From: a virus
Length of the DNA: 64,000 nucleotides
Virus record (IMG/VR): IMGVR_UViG_3300020445_000983
Coordinates: 1 to 64,000 of that record
Reading direction: 5' to 3' (one strand)
A model generated the notes under the pieces. The model ran no database searches, had not been told where the DNA came from, and saw only the letters and a list, made by a program, of their open reading frames with translations. The position numbers were made by a program, and so were the translations under genes. Shown here piece by piece: positions 45,739 to 54,241 of this stretch. Every line of letters begins with the position of its first letter. Position 1 is the first letter of the stretch.

Positions 45739-45903
45739 TTAGTCTTTGTTATGTTTTTGCAGATATTTATCTGATCTTGGATCAGTTATTAGATACTTGC
45801 AATGTTCCCACCCATTCTCCTTGAATTCCTCACTCATATCGACAGGTCGCCTTACGGGACCTTTTGTCCATTCTGGAGGTACTTCTGGTTTAGAATTCGT
45901 CAT
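45739..45903 (-). CDS. Small conserved hypothetical protein upstream of gp25
   Basis: 54 aa from ATG MTNSKP, with YLITDPRSDKYL motif; late-type CTAAATA at 45922-45928. Confidence 0.65.
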   Translation of the reverse strand: MTNSKPEVPPEWTKGPVRRPVDMSEEFKENGWEHCKYLITDPRSDKYLQKHNKD

Positions 45904-45921
45904 AATTACCACACTCCACAC

Positions 45922-45928
45922 TATTTAG
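45922..45928 (-). promoter_or_regulatory. Late promoter variant CTAAATA
   Basis: TAAATA core ~19 nt upstream of an ATG. Similar cores occur at 43284-43290, 45764-45770 and 46703-46709. Confidence 0.55.
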
Positions 45929-45967
45929 CGAGTTCTGTGCTATAGTACCTATAGTTAGTTAGAGAAA

Positions 45968-46120
45968 ATGCCAGTTAAGTCAAAAGCAGGATCTTGGGGT
46001 TCAAACATTTACATTGATCCACCAGCCAAAAAGACCAGACAAGGAAATAGCAAAAATACAAAATATGCTGCTACTAGCCGAAATAGTGCTAGAAAAGCAT
46101 ATAAAGGGCAGGGACATTAA
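45968..46120 (+). CDS. Small basic protein (KKTRQG...YKGQG type), 50 aa
   Basis: Hand-translated MPVKSKAGSWGSNIYIDPPAKKTRQGNSKNTKYAATSRNSARKAYKGQGH; fills the gap between minus-strand genes; extended -10 TGCTATAGT at 45938-45946. Confidence 0.75.
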   Translation: MPVKSKAGSWGSNIYIDPPAKKTRQGNSKNTKYAATSRNSARKAYKGQGH

Positions 46121-46650
46121 CCTGCCAGTACTGTAGCAGAGCCAAAAGCAACTACAGAACTACAAGGCCAACTCAATTTAGGTTTACCTGCTCCCAGAGG
46201 GTCGATTATTCGTATCACACGCCTCTTTAAGGCGAATACGGTAAAAGTAGTCGATTCAGCTACTCGGACGTGTCCTACGCCTCCCATATCCTCCATTGTG
46301 AGCAATCCACATAGTATAGGTGTTGGAATGATACAAGTTAACTTACCACAAGGACACAGATAGTTAATAATATTAGTTGTAACCGAAATGTGAGGTGTAA
46401 ACGTATCCATTTCGAGCATAATCGGTAGTCTATGGACTAAAACCGTTGCTCGGAGTGGATTCATTGCTTCTAGAGGTATTAGTGGTTGTGGTGGCCACCA
46501 ACAAGTCTTATCTTTTATCGTAATACTATATGGAATCGGTGGAGATCCACAAGGTTGTGTACTATGAATAGTCGCAGGAATAGGTATCCCGTGTCCCGAA
46601 CACGGAAGTCCATTATGAAATGAAACTGGTCGTAAAACTCCTAATGCCAT
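46117..46650 (-). CDS. PAAR-like baseplate spike-tip protein (gp5.4-like), Cys-rich
   Basis: 177 aa; CSGHG start, TVLV...I....D...H and RIIDPL...C.SVVAFGSATVLAG end; position upstream of gp25. Confidence 0.65.
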   Translation of the reverse strand: MALGVLRPVSFHNGLPCSGHGIPIPATIHSTQPCGSPPIPYSITIKDKTCWWPPQPLIPLEAMNPLRATVLVHRLPIMLEMDTFTPHISVTTNIINYLCPCGKLTCIIPTPILCGLLTMEDMGGVGHVRVAESTTFTVFALKRRVIRIIDPLGAGKPKLSWPCSSVVAFGSATVLAG

Positions 46651-49600
46651 TACTTAACGTCAAATGTTAAATCGCACTCATCAAAATATGGGTTACCAAA
46701 AGTATTTAGTGAATCGTCTAATAATGTTGCACCTGCGCCGCCCCAGTTCCTATAGTTGAGAGACCCCTCATAAGGTCCCATTTCCATATGGTTCTCTGCA
46801 TTAACCAATTTAGGGGGAACAGCAATTGCAGCGTGTGTAACCTCTTCTAGTGCCTTTCCACAAGGTGATGCTACAACAGGTGGTGAAGAACAAGGATTAT
46901 CTGCTGCTATTGCATTACCATCGCTATCATAACCTGCATTTACATCCAAAACACCATCTACAACAAAATTGTGCCAGCACGGATTAGGGAATTTACCACC
47001 AGAACAACTTGATAAGGTTACACTATTGTAGGTTACAGTGTTAGTTTGTCCTGTAGGTTGACCGTTACCATCAACTTGTTGCTGTACTATAGTCTGTGTA
47101 GCCCATCCAGTGTAATTTCCAGCACCAGCCCACGTTTCAAACTGCTCAAGTTCGGTCATATTTGAAAGTCCGTAATCATATGTCTGCTCATCCCCTCCAA
47201 TTGGAGCAAAAGTGTACTGTCCTGGAGAAGATTCGTAACATCTTCCCTTTGCTTGACCATTACTACAAGGGTGTGAGTTCTTAATATCACCTGAAATCTC
47301 GGTAACACGTGGTCTTAATGTGGCAGGATCACCCATACTCTTCAAGAAATTGAGAAATTCCGTGTTTGCAGTTGCTCCAGCACCAGAGACATCACCTTCA
47401 AATTGTATACTAACTCGAATTCTTGCCATTTCTCGCTTAGAACCGCAATATTTAAAGGGCATATACCCAAATACCTTCTCAACTCCGTTTTCATCTAATG
47501 AAGTATACGGACAAGGTATGTCAAAAAAGCGTCTAACCTGATACATTTTAGGTTGTCCCACCTCTACACATCCGCTAGGGTAGATTCCTGCCATCCCAGA
47601 AGACATTTTTTTCTCTACGGTACCTGAAACTGGTGCAGATTGCTTCCAAGTATTGCTAATCCACTCATTATTGGTGTTCCAATCTGGCGCAAGTGTCCTT
47701 AGTTGTCCAAAAACTGCCTCTTCATCCCAATTTCTAGCCCAATCTGTCCAACCTACACCTGAATCTGGCTGAAAACAGTTATTTGGAATAACTTCACCAC
47801 AGAATTTCGTCTTTTCTTCTGTATCAACATCCGTCATTGTCAAATATCCACGCTTTACACTCGTTTCTTTGTTCTTATTGTACTCTTCGAACATACCTTG
47901 CATATCTTTTCTGTTCGATTCTAGTTTTTGGTTGGCTTCAGGAGCATCTCCACCAAATTTTTCAGTAGATTTAGCAAATTCGTTCTCATATGGTAGGTTT
48001 CCTTCACCCACAAAGGTATCAACACGAGTATCTGACTCTCTATCAACCACAACAATACGAGGTACAAAGTTGGGAGGGTACCCATCACCAGCATCCGTAA
48101 TTATAACTTGATCAATACAACCTAATTCATCCACTGTTGCTCTAACTTTAGCTTGTTTTAGCACTCCAGTGAAGTCTGACTCAGTAGTGTACTGTTGATT
48201 ACTAATATCTGCAGCAGTTTGACGGAAATTATCTTCAGAACGTCCGTAATCAAGTGTATTAGTCATCTCTAACTGCACTTCTGTCGAAGTATCGCTAGTA
48301 AAAGACTCATTTACGTTTTTTGCGGGATCTATGAACCCCTGATCACGTAAAACTTCGGGAATTTCAATAGAAATCTCTGGAGACTTGTATCCAGACCCCG
48401 CATTAATGATTTGTATACTCGCTAACTTACCCTGAGCATTTGTAATTCCGTGCATTTCTGCTACATCAATAGATCTTTGAGGAATTAGTGCATCTGGGTC
48501 AACATTGACTCTAGTATATGCTACTTTCTTCGGAAATTCATATACACCAAATACTGCACCTTTATCTTGTATACCAAAACCAGCTAGCGCAATAATAGTA
48601 CCACTATTTTGTGAGGTATACGTATTATTGTACACAAATGCGCCACCATTGCCTTCTGCTTGTAATTGTGTCAATTCCATATACCCACAATTCATCTCAT
48701 CACCAAAATATCGCACTGCAGTAATCATCCATCCGTTAATACGCTCTCCTATAGCAAAGAATCCCGTAGATGAAGTATATCTGAAGAATAAACGATGATC
48801 ATCAGTACCAGCAGTCCAAAATGACTCTGCTCCACCTGGAGTTTGGTCGGGAACGTCCACAAATAGCCTTGTTTTCTTCGTTACCCACGCAGATTCCTTA
48901 ATTTGGTAATTATATGAGTGAAAATCACGTGTTACTGTACAAGGATCGTTTTGATAGTCTTGTTGGCAACAATTTGCATCAGAAGTAACCATATTAATGC
49001 CATATATGGGTCCATTCCACGGATATGACGCATCATAGAGGTAATATACGAATTGACCCTCAAAAGCGTCGTGAAAACCGAGGAATTTGGGCACAGCTGC
49101 CTTAACTGCCCCATTTTTGCCATAAAACCACTCAAAATGGGCAGAATCGGTCAATATTTCGGCATTATCGGGGTCTCCCCACCCTTTTACGCAAGGAACG
49201 TCCCCTTTTTCGAGCAAATAGTCGTCTGTAGTGAAGGTTCCGTTCTGTTGGTAGTCCCAATCGTACCATCCACTCCTATCAACTTCACCAGTGTCGTGTG
49301 GTTTTCCAACTTCTATGATTCTTGCACTCTTTCTTGGTCCAGTTGAAGTCATCACATAACCCACTATCCCAACATATTGGTACTCTTCATTCATAGGGTC
49401 TTTGGGGTCAGGGAGACCAGGAACACCTGTCTGAAGGTTAACCTCGAATTGTGGTCTTAGAGTATAGAGGTGATCTGGTCCTTTGTAGTTGGCAGGAGCA
49501 AGGTACTCTAGTAATGGTAGGACTTGTTCTCCTGGTACCAGTGTCCCAGATGCTACTGCTGCTGCTTCAGATGTGAAAATATATCCTAGTAGTTCTTGTC

Positions 49601-50426
49601 CTGATCCTGTGGTCATATATGTGTCATTGCCTGTACTATTCCAATTATTGTATAACGGTGTAGTACCGCCTATTGGTTCATCCTCTACAGTAAAATAGAA
49701 TTTACTCTTTTGTCTGGGTTCTCTATTGTATGATCTCCACTCGTGTTTGACCTCTCTTACCTCCTTCTCCTTATAGTATGCGTGATCTCTTAGCAATCCA
49801 CTGTAGTAACGGTATATTACTGTACGCTCTGTACCACACGTGTTACCAACACCTACGATCATTACTCGCGCATTACAATCAGTGCCGTGGTTATCTTTGA
49901 AGCATAATTTCTTATTACTGTCCTGCACCAGAAGACCACCATAGCCTGTACCACCAGTTATAGTAGCATTGTATGTTGTACCACCTACTACGTTCATAGT
50001 AGCCGAAGCAGAACCAGAGTAGTTACTGCCTTGGGTAAATGTTATATCTCCGACTTGATACGTACCTAAAGCGGTACCTGCTGTATTTGGGTTATCACTC
50101 CACGCGAAATCCAGTTGTATTGTACTATTACCAGTACCACCACATACAAGATTACCACTAGCATCAAATGTAGCGGTAACGTTAGTAGCATTATTACCAG
50201 GTAAGGGTAAGCATATCTCTTCCTTCTCTCCAATATAAAACACTTCATCTTTACCTAGGCGATATCCTCCCTCACCTTCTCCATCAAAGGTAATCTTATA
50301 ATTTGCGGGTACGTTCTTTAATCCGTCATTAGGACCACCGCCACCATCATTATAGGTGACTTTATAGTCCTGTGAATCAATCGGGTTCTTGAAGCTCCTG
50401 CCCGTCTCTAGGATGTACGCTGGCAA
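46650..50426 (-). CDS. Large Cys-containing virion structural protein
   Basis: 1258 aa with TTG start 25 nt downstream of CTAAATA; YRYY...DH.Y-type repeats and AGSGY..P repeats. Confidence 0.75.
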   Translation of the reverse strand: MPAYILETGRSFKNPIDSQDYKVTYNDGGGGPNDGLKNVPANYKITFDGEGEGGYRLGKDEVFYIGEKEEICLPLPGNNATNVTATFDASGNLVCGGTGNSTIQLDFAWSDNPNTAGTALGTYQVGDITFTQGSNYSGSASATMNVVGGTTYNATITGGTGYGGLLVQDSNKKLCFKDNHGTDCNARVMIVGVGNTCGTERTVIYRYYSGLLRDHAYYKEKEVREVKHEWRSYNREPRQKSKFYFTVEDEPIGGTTPLYNNWNSTGNDTYMTTGSGQELLGYIFTSEAAAVASGTLVPGEQVLPLLEYLAPANYKGPDHLYTLRPQFEVNLQTGVPGLPDPKDPMNEEYQYVGIVGYVMTSTGPRKSARIIEVGKPHDTGEVDRSGWYDWDYQQNGTFTTDDYLLEKGDVPCVKGWGDPDNAEILTDSAHFEWFYGKNGAVKAAVPKFLGFHDAFEGQFVYYLYDASYPWNGPIYGINMVTSDANCCQQDYQNDPCTVTRDFHSYNYQIKESAWVTKKTRLFVDVPDQTPGGAESFWTAGTDDHRLFFRYTSSTGFFAIGERINGWMITAVRYFGDEMNCGYMELTQLQAEGNGGAFVYNNTYTSQNSGTIIALAGFGIQDKGAVFGVYEFPKKVAYTRVNVDPDALIPQRSIDVAEMHGITNAQGKLASIQIINAGSGYKSPEISIEIPEVLRDQGFIDPAKNVNESFTSDTSTEVQLEMTNTLDYGRSEDNFRQTAADISNQQYTTESDFTGVLKQAKVRATVDELGCIDQVIITDAGDGYPPNFVPRIVVVDRESDTRVDTFVGEGNLPYENEFAKSTEKFGGDAPEANQKLESNRKDMQGMFEEYNKNKETSVKRGYLTMTDVDTEEKTKFCGEVIPNNCFQPDSGVGWTDWARNWDEEAVFGQLRTLAPDWNTNNEWISNTWKQSAPVSGTVEKKMSSGMAGIYPSGCVEVGQPKMYQVRRFFDIPCPYTSLDENGVEKVFGYMPFKYCGSKREMARIRVSIQFEGDVSGAGATANTEFLNFLKSMGDPATLRPRVTEISGDIKNSHPCSNGQAKGRCYESSPGQYTFAPIGGDEQTYDYGLSNMTELEQFETWAGAGNYTGWATQTIVQQQVDGNGQPTGQTNTVTYNSVTLSSCSGGKFPNPCWHNFVVDGVLDVNAGYDSDGNAIAADNPCSSPPVVASPCGKALEEVTHAAIAVPPKLVNAENHMEMGPYEGSLNYRNWGGAGATLLDDSLNTFGNPYFDECDLTFDVK

Positions 50427-50721
50427 GTTGGTCTATACGCTGTTCAAGAGTATTTAGTCTGTCGAATAGAGTATCAAATAACTGAGTTAGGTTACTATGT
50501 TTATCATCTCCAGGTATCTTATACTGTATCATATCTGCACCACGTCCTAACATCTGCTCCATACCTGCTATACGTTCAGCTAGGTTAGTTGCAGTCTTTG
50601 CTATCATCTCAAATCTCCATTCGTTCTCTTCCTCTATATTAGCGAACTCAGGGATCTGTACCTGTGGTTTACCAGGTTGTTGGTAGTTTGGTTGTTGATC
50701 ACTAGGATACTTTATGTCCAT
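50377..50721 (-). CDS. Hypothetical coiled-coil protein
   Basis: 114 aa; start overlaps the upstream stop. Confidence 0.75.
   Translation of the reverse strand: MDIKYPSDQQPNYQQPGKPQVQIPEFANIEEENEWRFEMIAKTATNLAERIAGMEQMLGRGADMIQYKIPGDDKHSNLTQLFDTLFDRLNTLEQRIDQLASVHPRDGQELQEPD
50451..50457 (-). promoter_or_regulatory. Late promoter variant CTAAATA
   Basis: Inside the upstream ORF, supports the TTG start at 50426. Confidence 0.55.
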
Positions 50722-51293
50722 TAGAAATAATTAATGTTGAGTACAACACGGAATTTCTCATCCGTGCAAGATGTTCCAGCGTGCGGAGTACCTACGGGGA
50801 ACTTAATCACCCTATTAGCAACCGACTCTACCTTGGGACCATCCTGGAAGAATGTATATCCGTTATTATCATTTAGGTAGAAGACTGCTGTTGTGGCACC
50901 ATTAAACTGGTCCTCACCATACTCTCCACAGTCAGTATGATAATCATATTCTATCAGATTATCGGTATGGTGGTTTAGGTTTGCTTTTATTCTTATCAGT
51001 GCTCTGGGCTTCAATGCTTTAATTATAGGTAACAGGTATTCGTAGAACTCGTTCTGGGGTTGTCCTCCTGCATACAGATAGTTTACCATCTGCCAATTAT
51101 AGATCTCCTTCGCTTGTAACTCAGGGTCTACCATACGTGCTACGTGCATCACCTTCGCTTGGTTCACAAACCACGGAAAGTCCTGCCCACAGAAGCACGC
51201 TTGCATCTTAAGAAAGTCTTCCGTCTTAAGGAAGTTATCTTTCTTCAGGATAATATTATCCTTTACTATATCAACAGTTTCGAAAATTTCCAT
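50721..51293 (-). CDS. 2OG-Fe(II) oxygenase family protein
   Basis: YHTD (HxD), TAVFYLNDNNGYT, distal H in TPHAG and R in FRVVLNINYF; start moved to ATG MEIFET. Confidence 0.85.
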   Translation of the reverse strand: MEIFETVDIVKDNIILKKDNFLKTEDFLKMQACFCGQDFPWFVNQAKVMHVARMVDPELQAKEIYNWQMVNYLYAGGQPQNEFYEYLLPIIKALKPRALIRIKANLNHHTDNLIEYDYHTDCGEYGEDQFNGATTAVFYLNDNNGYTFFQDGPKVESVANRVIKFPVGTPHAGTSCTDEKFRVVLNINYF

Positions 51294-51336
51294 AATAGTT
51301 ACGACGCTCGCGGGGTACACTTCAAAGGGTATTAGT

Positions 51337-51522
51337 TTATTCTAAGAAATCATCGCCAGCCTCCAATTTCTCTCGTATACTTCTCCACGTTGCTTGTACC
51401 TTTCTAAGGGGGTTTCCACCACAAACTTCAGCCTTATACAATAGACACCACTTGCCTGAATTGCAAATAAGCTGACGTTCTTCCTTTGTAAAAGTGGCTG
51501 TCCACTCAGTCTGGTCGGGCAT
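51337..51522 (-). CDS. Hypothetical protein
   Basis: 61 aa with AAAGG before the ATG and a promoter upstream. Confidence 0.6.
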   Translation of the reverse strand: MPDQTEWTATFTKEERQLICNSGKWCLLYKAEVCGGNPLRKVQATWRSIREKLEAGDDFLE

Positions 51523-51543
51523 CCTTTAAACAATCACAGAATC

Positions 51544-51572
51544 ATTATAACACATAATTGAGTGTTAGTCAG
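51544..51572 (-). promoter_or_regulatory. Sigma70-type promoter
   Basis: CTGACT-N17-TATAAT with extended -10 TG. Confidence 0.6.
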
Positions 51573-51729
51573 TATCTTTGACAAATTTGGCAGTACTGTC
51601 ATCAATCTCATATGTGAGGACATCAGATGGTAACCATCCCAAATCTTCGGTTAAGTCATCTGGTAGAATGATGTACAATTCGCCTGTGTGATCGTTTTCT
51701 TGGATTGTAGTAGTAAATCTTCTAGACAT
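51565..51729 (-). CDS. AbrB/SpoVT-like small protein (54 aa)
   Basis: Hand-translated MSRRFTTTIQENDHTGELYIILPDDLTEDLGWLPSDVLTYEIDD..., matching the G.L.I.LP..L...LGW..GD.L pattern; overlaps the upstream stop. Confidence 0.65.
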   Translation of the reverse strand: MSRRFTTTIQENDHTGELYIILPDDLTEDLGWLPSDVLTYEIDDSTAKFVKDTD

Positions 51730-52141
51730 TCTTTTTTCGTATTACATACCTGATCAAAGGTATATAGGTATCTATCTTTTCAACTTTACTGATATCATAT
51801 GCTTTATGGTGTATCATATACCTGTCTCCGATATACGCTGCACCGTGTGAAACTCTTTTTCCTGTGAAGTCCATTAGCAACAAATCTAAGACGTTGAGAG
51901 AAGATACGTCTAGGGTATCCTTCGAACTGTCATAGGTACACTCCCAGTCTTCGCCTTCCCACAACTCCTTCATAAAACTTCTAGCGGTGAAAGAGTAGTC
52001 TTCTTTACATTCGTGGTATCCGAGGTCTACACCCATATCGTACAATAGCGTGAAGCATCCCCCACCCTTCTGTTTCTTCCAAGGGCGACCAAGGTACTTC
52101 GAGTACTGCTCCTCATATTTTTTGATTAACTTATCTGACAT
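51722..52141 (-). CDS. NlpC/P60 family cysteine peptidase
   Basis: YLGRPW...GCFTL (Cys), SHGAAYIG (His), MIHH (third triad residue). Confidence 0.78.
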   Translation of the reverse strand: MSDKLIKKYEEQYSKYLGRPWKKQKGGGCFTLLYDMGVDLGYHECKEDYSFTARSFMKELWEGEDWECTYDSSKDTLDVSSLNVLDLLLMDFTGKRVSHGAAYIGDRYMIHHKAYDISKVEKIDTYIPLIRYVIRKKNV

Positions 52142-52257
52142 TTTTTACCCTGGGAAATTTTTTTGTATATAGGGGGACCCTAATCGCGATTTCGATAATA
52201 TACTCGTCCCTATACTTTTGTAGGTTACACTAATGCAACTTTTTTAATATGTCAAAA

Positions 52258-52323
52258 TGTTACTTAGTGCCTACACGAGTTTGTGTTACTTAGTGGGTGC
52301 AATCCTACTCCATTTGTGTTACT
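52258..52323. repeat. Degenerate tandem repeat TGTTACTTAGTG / TTTGTGTTACT
   Basis: TGTTACTTAGTG at 52258 and 52284; TTTGTGTTACT at 52280 and 52313. Confidence 0.6.
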
Positions 52324-52522
52324 CTGCCTCATCATATTGCACATCATAACATAACCCTTCCGCTATGAAATAATCACACAGTTGTTGATACTGAAGGAGT
52401 TCATTATGTAGGTCACAATCTATTAAGAACTGTGCACACTCTATTTGTTCATCAGGTGGCAAATTACCCTCATCAAGTAACTCTAACCACACTGCAATCT
52501 TACTGGGAATGTGTGTAGTCAA
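52319..52522 (-). CDS. Hypothetical protein
   Basis: 67-aa acidic ORF in an operon-like chain. Confidence 0.7.
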   Translation of the reverse strand: MTTHIPSKIAVWLELLDEGNLPPDEQIECAQFLIDCDLHNELLQYQQLCDYFIAEGLCYDVQYDEAE

Positions 52523-52646
52523 GGTCTAAATCTCCATAGGATTGATCTTCATATTCTATCATAGATTGTCCATCTTCGCTATCATCTTCATCTAACATAT
52601 TGTCGATCCAATCTTTACTATTAATAAGGCGTAATTTGTCATCCAT
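52500..52646 (-). CDS. Small acidic hypothetical protein
   Basis: 48 aa from ATG MDDKLR with GAGGG upstream. Confidence 0.6.
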   Translation of the reverse strand: MDDKLRLINSKDWIDNMLDEDDSEDGQSMIEYEDQSYGDLDLDYTHSQ

Positions 52647-52824
52647 TTGTGTTACCCTCAGTGTTGTAATTAGTGTTTGATTGTTGATACTCACTGCTCT
52701 CATAATGCGTGGAGTTTGTGTTAGTAACTCGACCCTTATTACGGTTCGAATTGTTTCTCTTTTCCCTCAAAGATTTAGGTCTATTTGACTTATACGTGTC
52801 GTTACGTTTGTAAGTCCTTCCCAT
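52639..52824 (-). CDS. Small basic hypothetical protein (MGRTYKRND)
   Basis: 61 aa, downstream of a sigma70 promoter. Confidence 0.6.
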   Translation of the reverse strand: MGRTYKRNDTYKSNRPKSLREKRNNSNRNKGRVTNTNSTHYESSEYQQSNTNYNTEGNTNG

Positions 52825-52866
52825 TGGAAATTGTGCCACTATGTGACATTGTAGTGTACAACGCTA

Positions 52867-52895
52867 ATTATACAGAATTAAAGGCATATTGTAAA
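52867..52895 (-). promoter_or_regulatory. Sigma70-type promoter
   Basis: TTTACA-N17-TATAAT. Confidence 0.75.
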
Positions 52896-52930
52896 CCCTT
52901 TTGTGTCATTTTGTGTACATCCCCTATGTG

Positions 52931-52959
52931 TTGACAACTCGTGCGTTACTAGATAGACT
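52931..52959 (+). promoter_or_regulatory. Divergent sigma70-type promoter facing non-coding DNA
   Basis: TTGACA-N17-TAGACT. Confidence 0.6.
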
Positions 52960-53042
52960 CCTTAGGTTGCTAATCCTCCGCTAGTTTATAACATTTAGTA
53001 TGACCTTATTGTAGTGCTTATTATATACTTAATAGTACATAG

Positions 53043-53086
53043 TTTTCCACATTAAAGTAATACTTTTCCACACATATTGTGGAAGA
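53043..53086. promoter_or_regulatory. Cluster of cyanobacterial-type DnaA boxes
   Basis: TTTTCCACA at 53043-53051 and 53064-53072, inverted TGTGGAAGA at 53078-53086, followed by an AT-rich tract. Confidence 0.55.
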
Positions 53087-53162
53087 GATAAAATAACATA
53101 GTATATTTAATTTACCATTTATTTATTATAGCGGGGATACTAATCTATGGGTCTATTTGATA

Positions 53163-53495
53163 CTAACTCCACTTGAGATTGTTATAATTATCATTCAATT
53201 TATCACCGTCTATATGTAAAACATTCCTGCAATCGTTCGTAGTTGGTATAAATGCGGAAGCACATAATCGGGCAATTCTTCTTACTACGGTCTTACCATT
53301 TTGCCTTAATGTAACACGTCTATATCCATTTTCATTTAAATGTGTCTTTAATTGCCTCCATTTTCCATACTTAGCAGAATAAACTGTACCATCGCTATCT
53401 ATAAAATAGTCCTCGTAATCTGGTATCTGTTTGTATACATTACCATCAGCATCTTTGTAGGTGTTGTTATCAACTTTAGTGAATAAGTAAGTCAT
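53163..53495 (-). CDS. NUMOD4/HNH-like protein, apparently truncated or degenerate
   Basis: KQIPDYEDY.I..DG.VYS, GYRRVTL and HIDGDKLND..NNLKW, then stop. Confidence 0.75.
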   Translation of the reverse strand: MTYLFTKVDNNTYKDADGNVYKQIPDYEDYFIDSDGTVYSAKYGKWRQLKTHLNENGYRRVTLRQNGKTVVRRIARLCASAFIPTTNDCRNVLHIDGDKLNDNYNNLKWS

Positions 53496-53512
53496 TTAAT
53501 TAATACCTCATT

Positions 53513-54151
53513 TCAAAAAGGGGCGACGTTAAATGTTAACGAAATACGATTAGGATGCCCATTTCCTTCATATCCGTGTTGCATATTTGGGGGGTGAATG
53601 ATAACATCTCCCTCGTTATATGGTACAGTACAATCTAATTGATTGAACGCATTTTGTGCTGTGTTGTTAACAACAACTACAGGGTAATGTGTGCTGCTAC
53701 AATGTCTACGAAATTTCATCATTGCGTGCTTAGATGGATCGAAGTTCACGAAATATGTGCCACTATATAACACATTGCTGTGCTCGTGTGGTGCATACAT
53801 AGACCCCTCATTACCCAATTCTAAGTATGAATCAGTGAGTTTAATTGTATCGCCTAAATCATATGCTAGTGCGTCCTTATTAGTCTTACTAATTGCCTCT
53901 AATATCATTTCCTTGATATCACTTAGTTCAGGCAATTCTAGGACATTGTTAACACCTAACTGCGATACTTTATGACTGATAGCATATCTTTTATTATCGC
54001 TAATTTCAGTTAATGATGATATGTAATCCAGGATGATTTGCTTATGTTCAGTATGATTTTGATTGGTAAATCGTCCCACTGGTTGCATAAACAATCCATA
54101 GACAGTTGGGTTCGCTATTTGTTCTAAACTGTCACTTAATTCTTCGCTCAT
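53513..54151 (-). CDS. 2OG-Fe(II) oxygenase, TIGR02466-like
   Basis: PHEHSN..YSGTYFV, EGDVIIHP..MQHG and NRISLTFN motifs. Confidence 0.82.
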   Translation of the reverse strand: MSEELSDSLEQIANPTVYGLFMQPVGRFTNQNHTEHKQIILDYISSLTEISDNKRYAISHKVSQLGVNNVLELPELSDIKEMILEAISKTNKDALAYDLGDTIKLTDSYLELGNEGSMYAPHEHSNVLYSGTYFVNFDPSKHAMMKFRRHCSSTHYPVVVVNNTAQNAFNQLDCTVPYNEGDVIIHPPNMQHGYEGNGHPNRISLTFNVAPF

Positions 54152-54175
54152 TGTTGTTAATTATAAAAGGACAAT

Positions 54176-54204
54176 AAAAAAGAGGGAAATATTTAATTCC
54201 CTCT
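54176..54204 (-). terminator. Rho-independent terminator
   Basis: AGAGGGAA-loop-TTCCCTCT followed by T-run. Confidence 0.75.
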
Positions 54205-54234
54205 ATTATATAGTACTGATTGATACCTTGTCAA
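54205..54234 (-). promoter_or_regulatory. Sigma70-type promoter
   Basis: TTGACA-N18-TATAAT. Confidence 0.7.
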
Positions 54235-54241
54235 CTGTAAT

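Noticed and set aside
165-49698. Many 60-170 aa plus-strand and alternate-frame ORFs in the ORF track
   Set aside because: They are shadows of long minus-strand genes with biased codon use; no RBS or recognisable motifs.
50377-50426. Programmed frameshift fusing the 114-aa ORF to the 1258-aa ORF
   Set aside because: No slippery heptamer, an in-frame stop lies three codons before the TTG, and a late promoter 25 nt upstream explains independent expression.
52809-52819. Third TGTAAGTCC copy
   Set aside because: Opposite strand, inside the coding start MGRTYK, with no matching GGCA stem.
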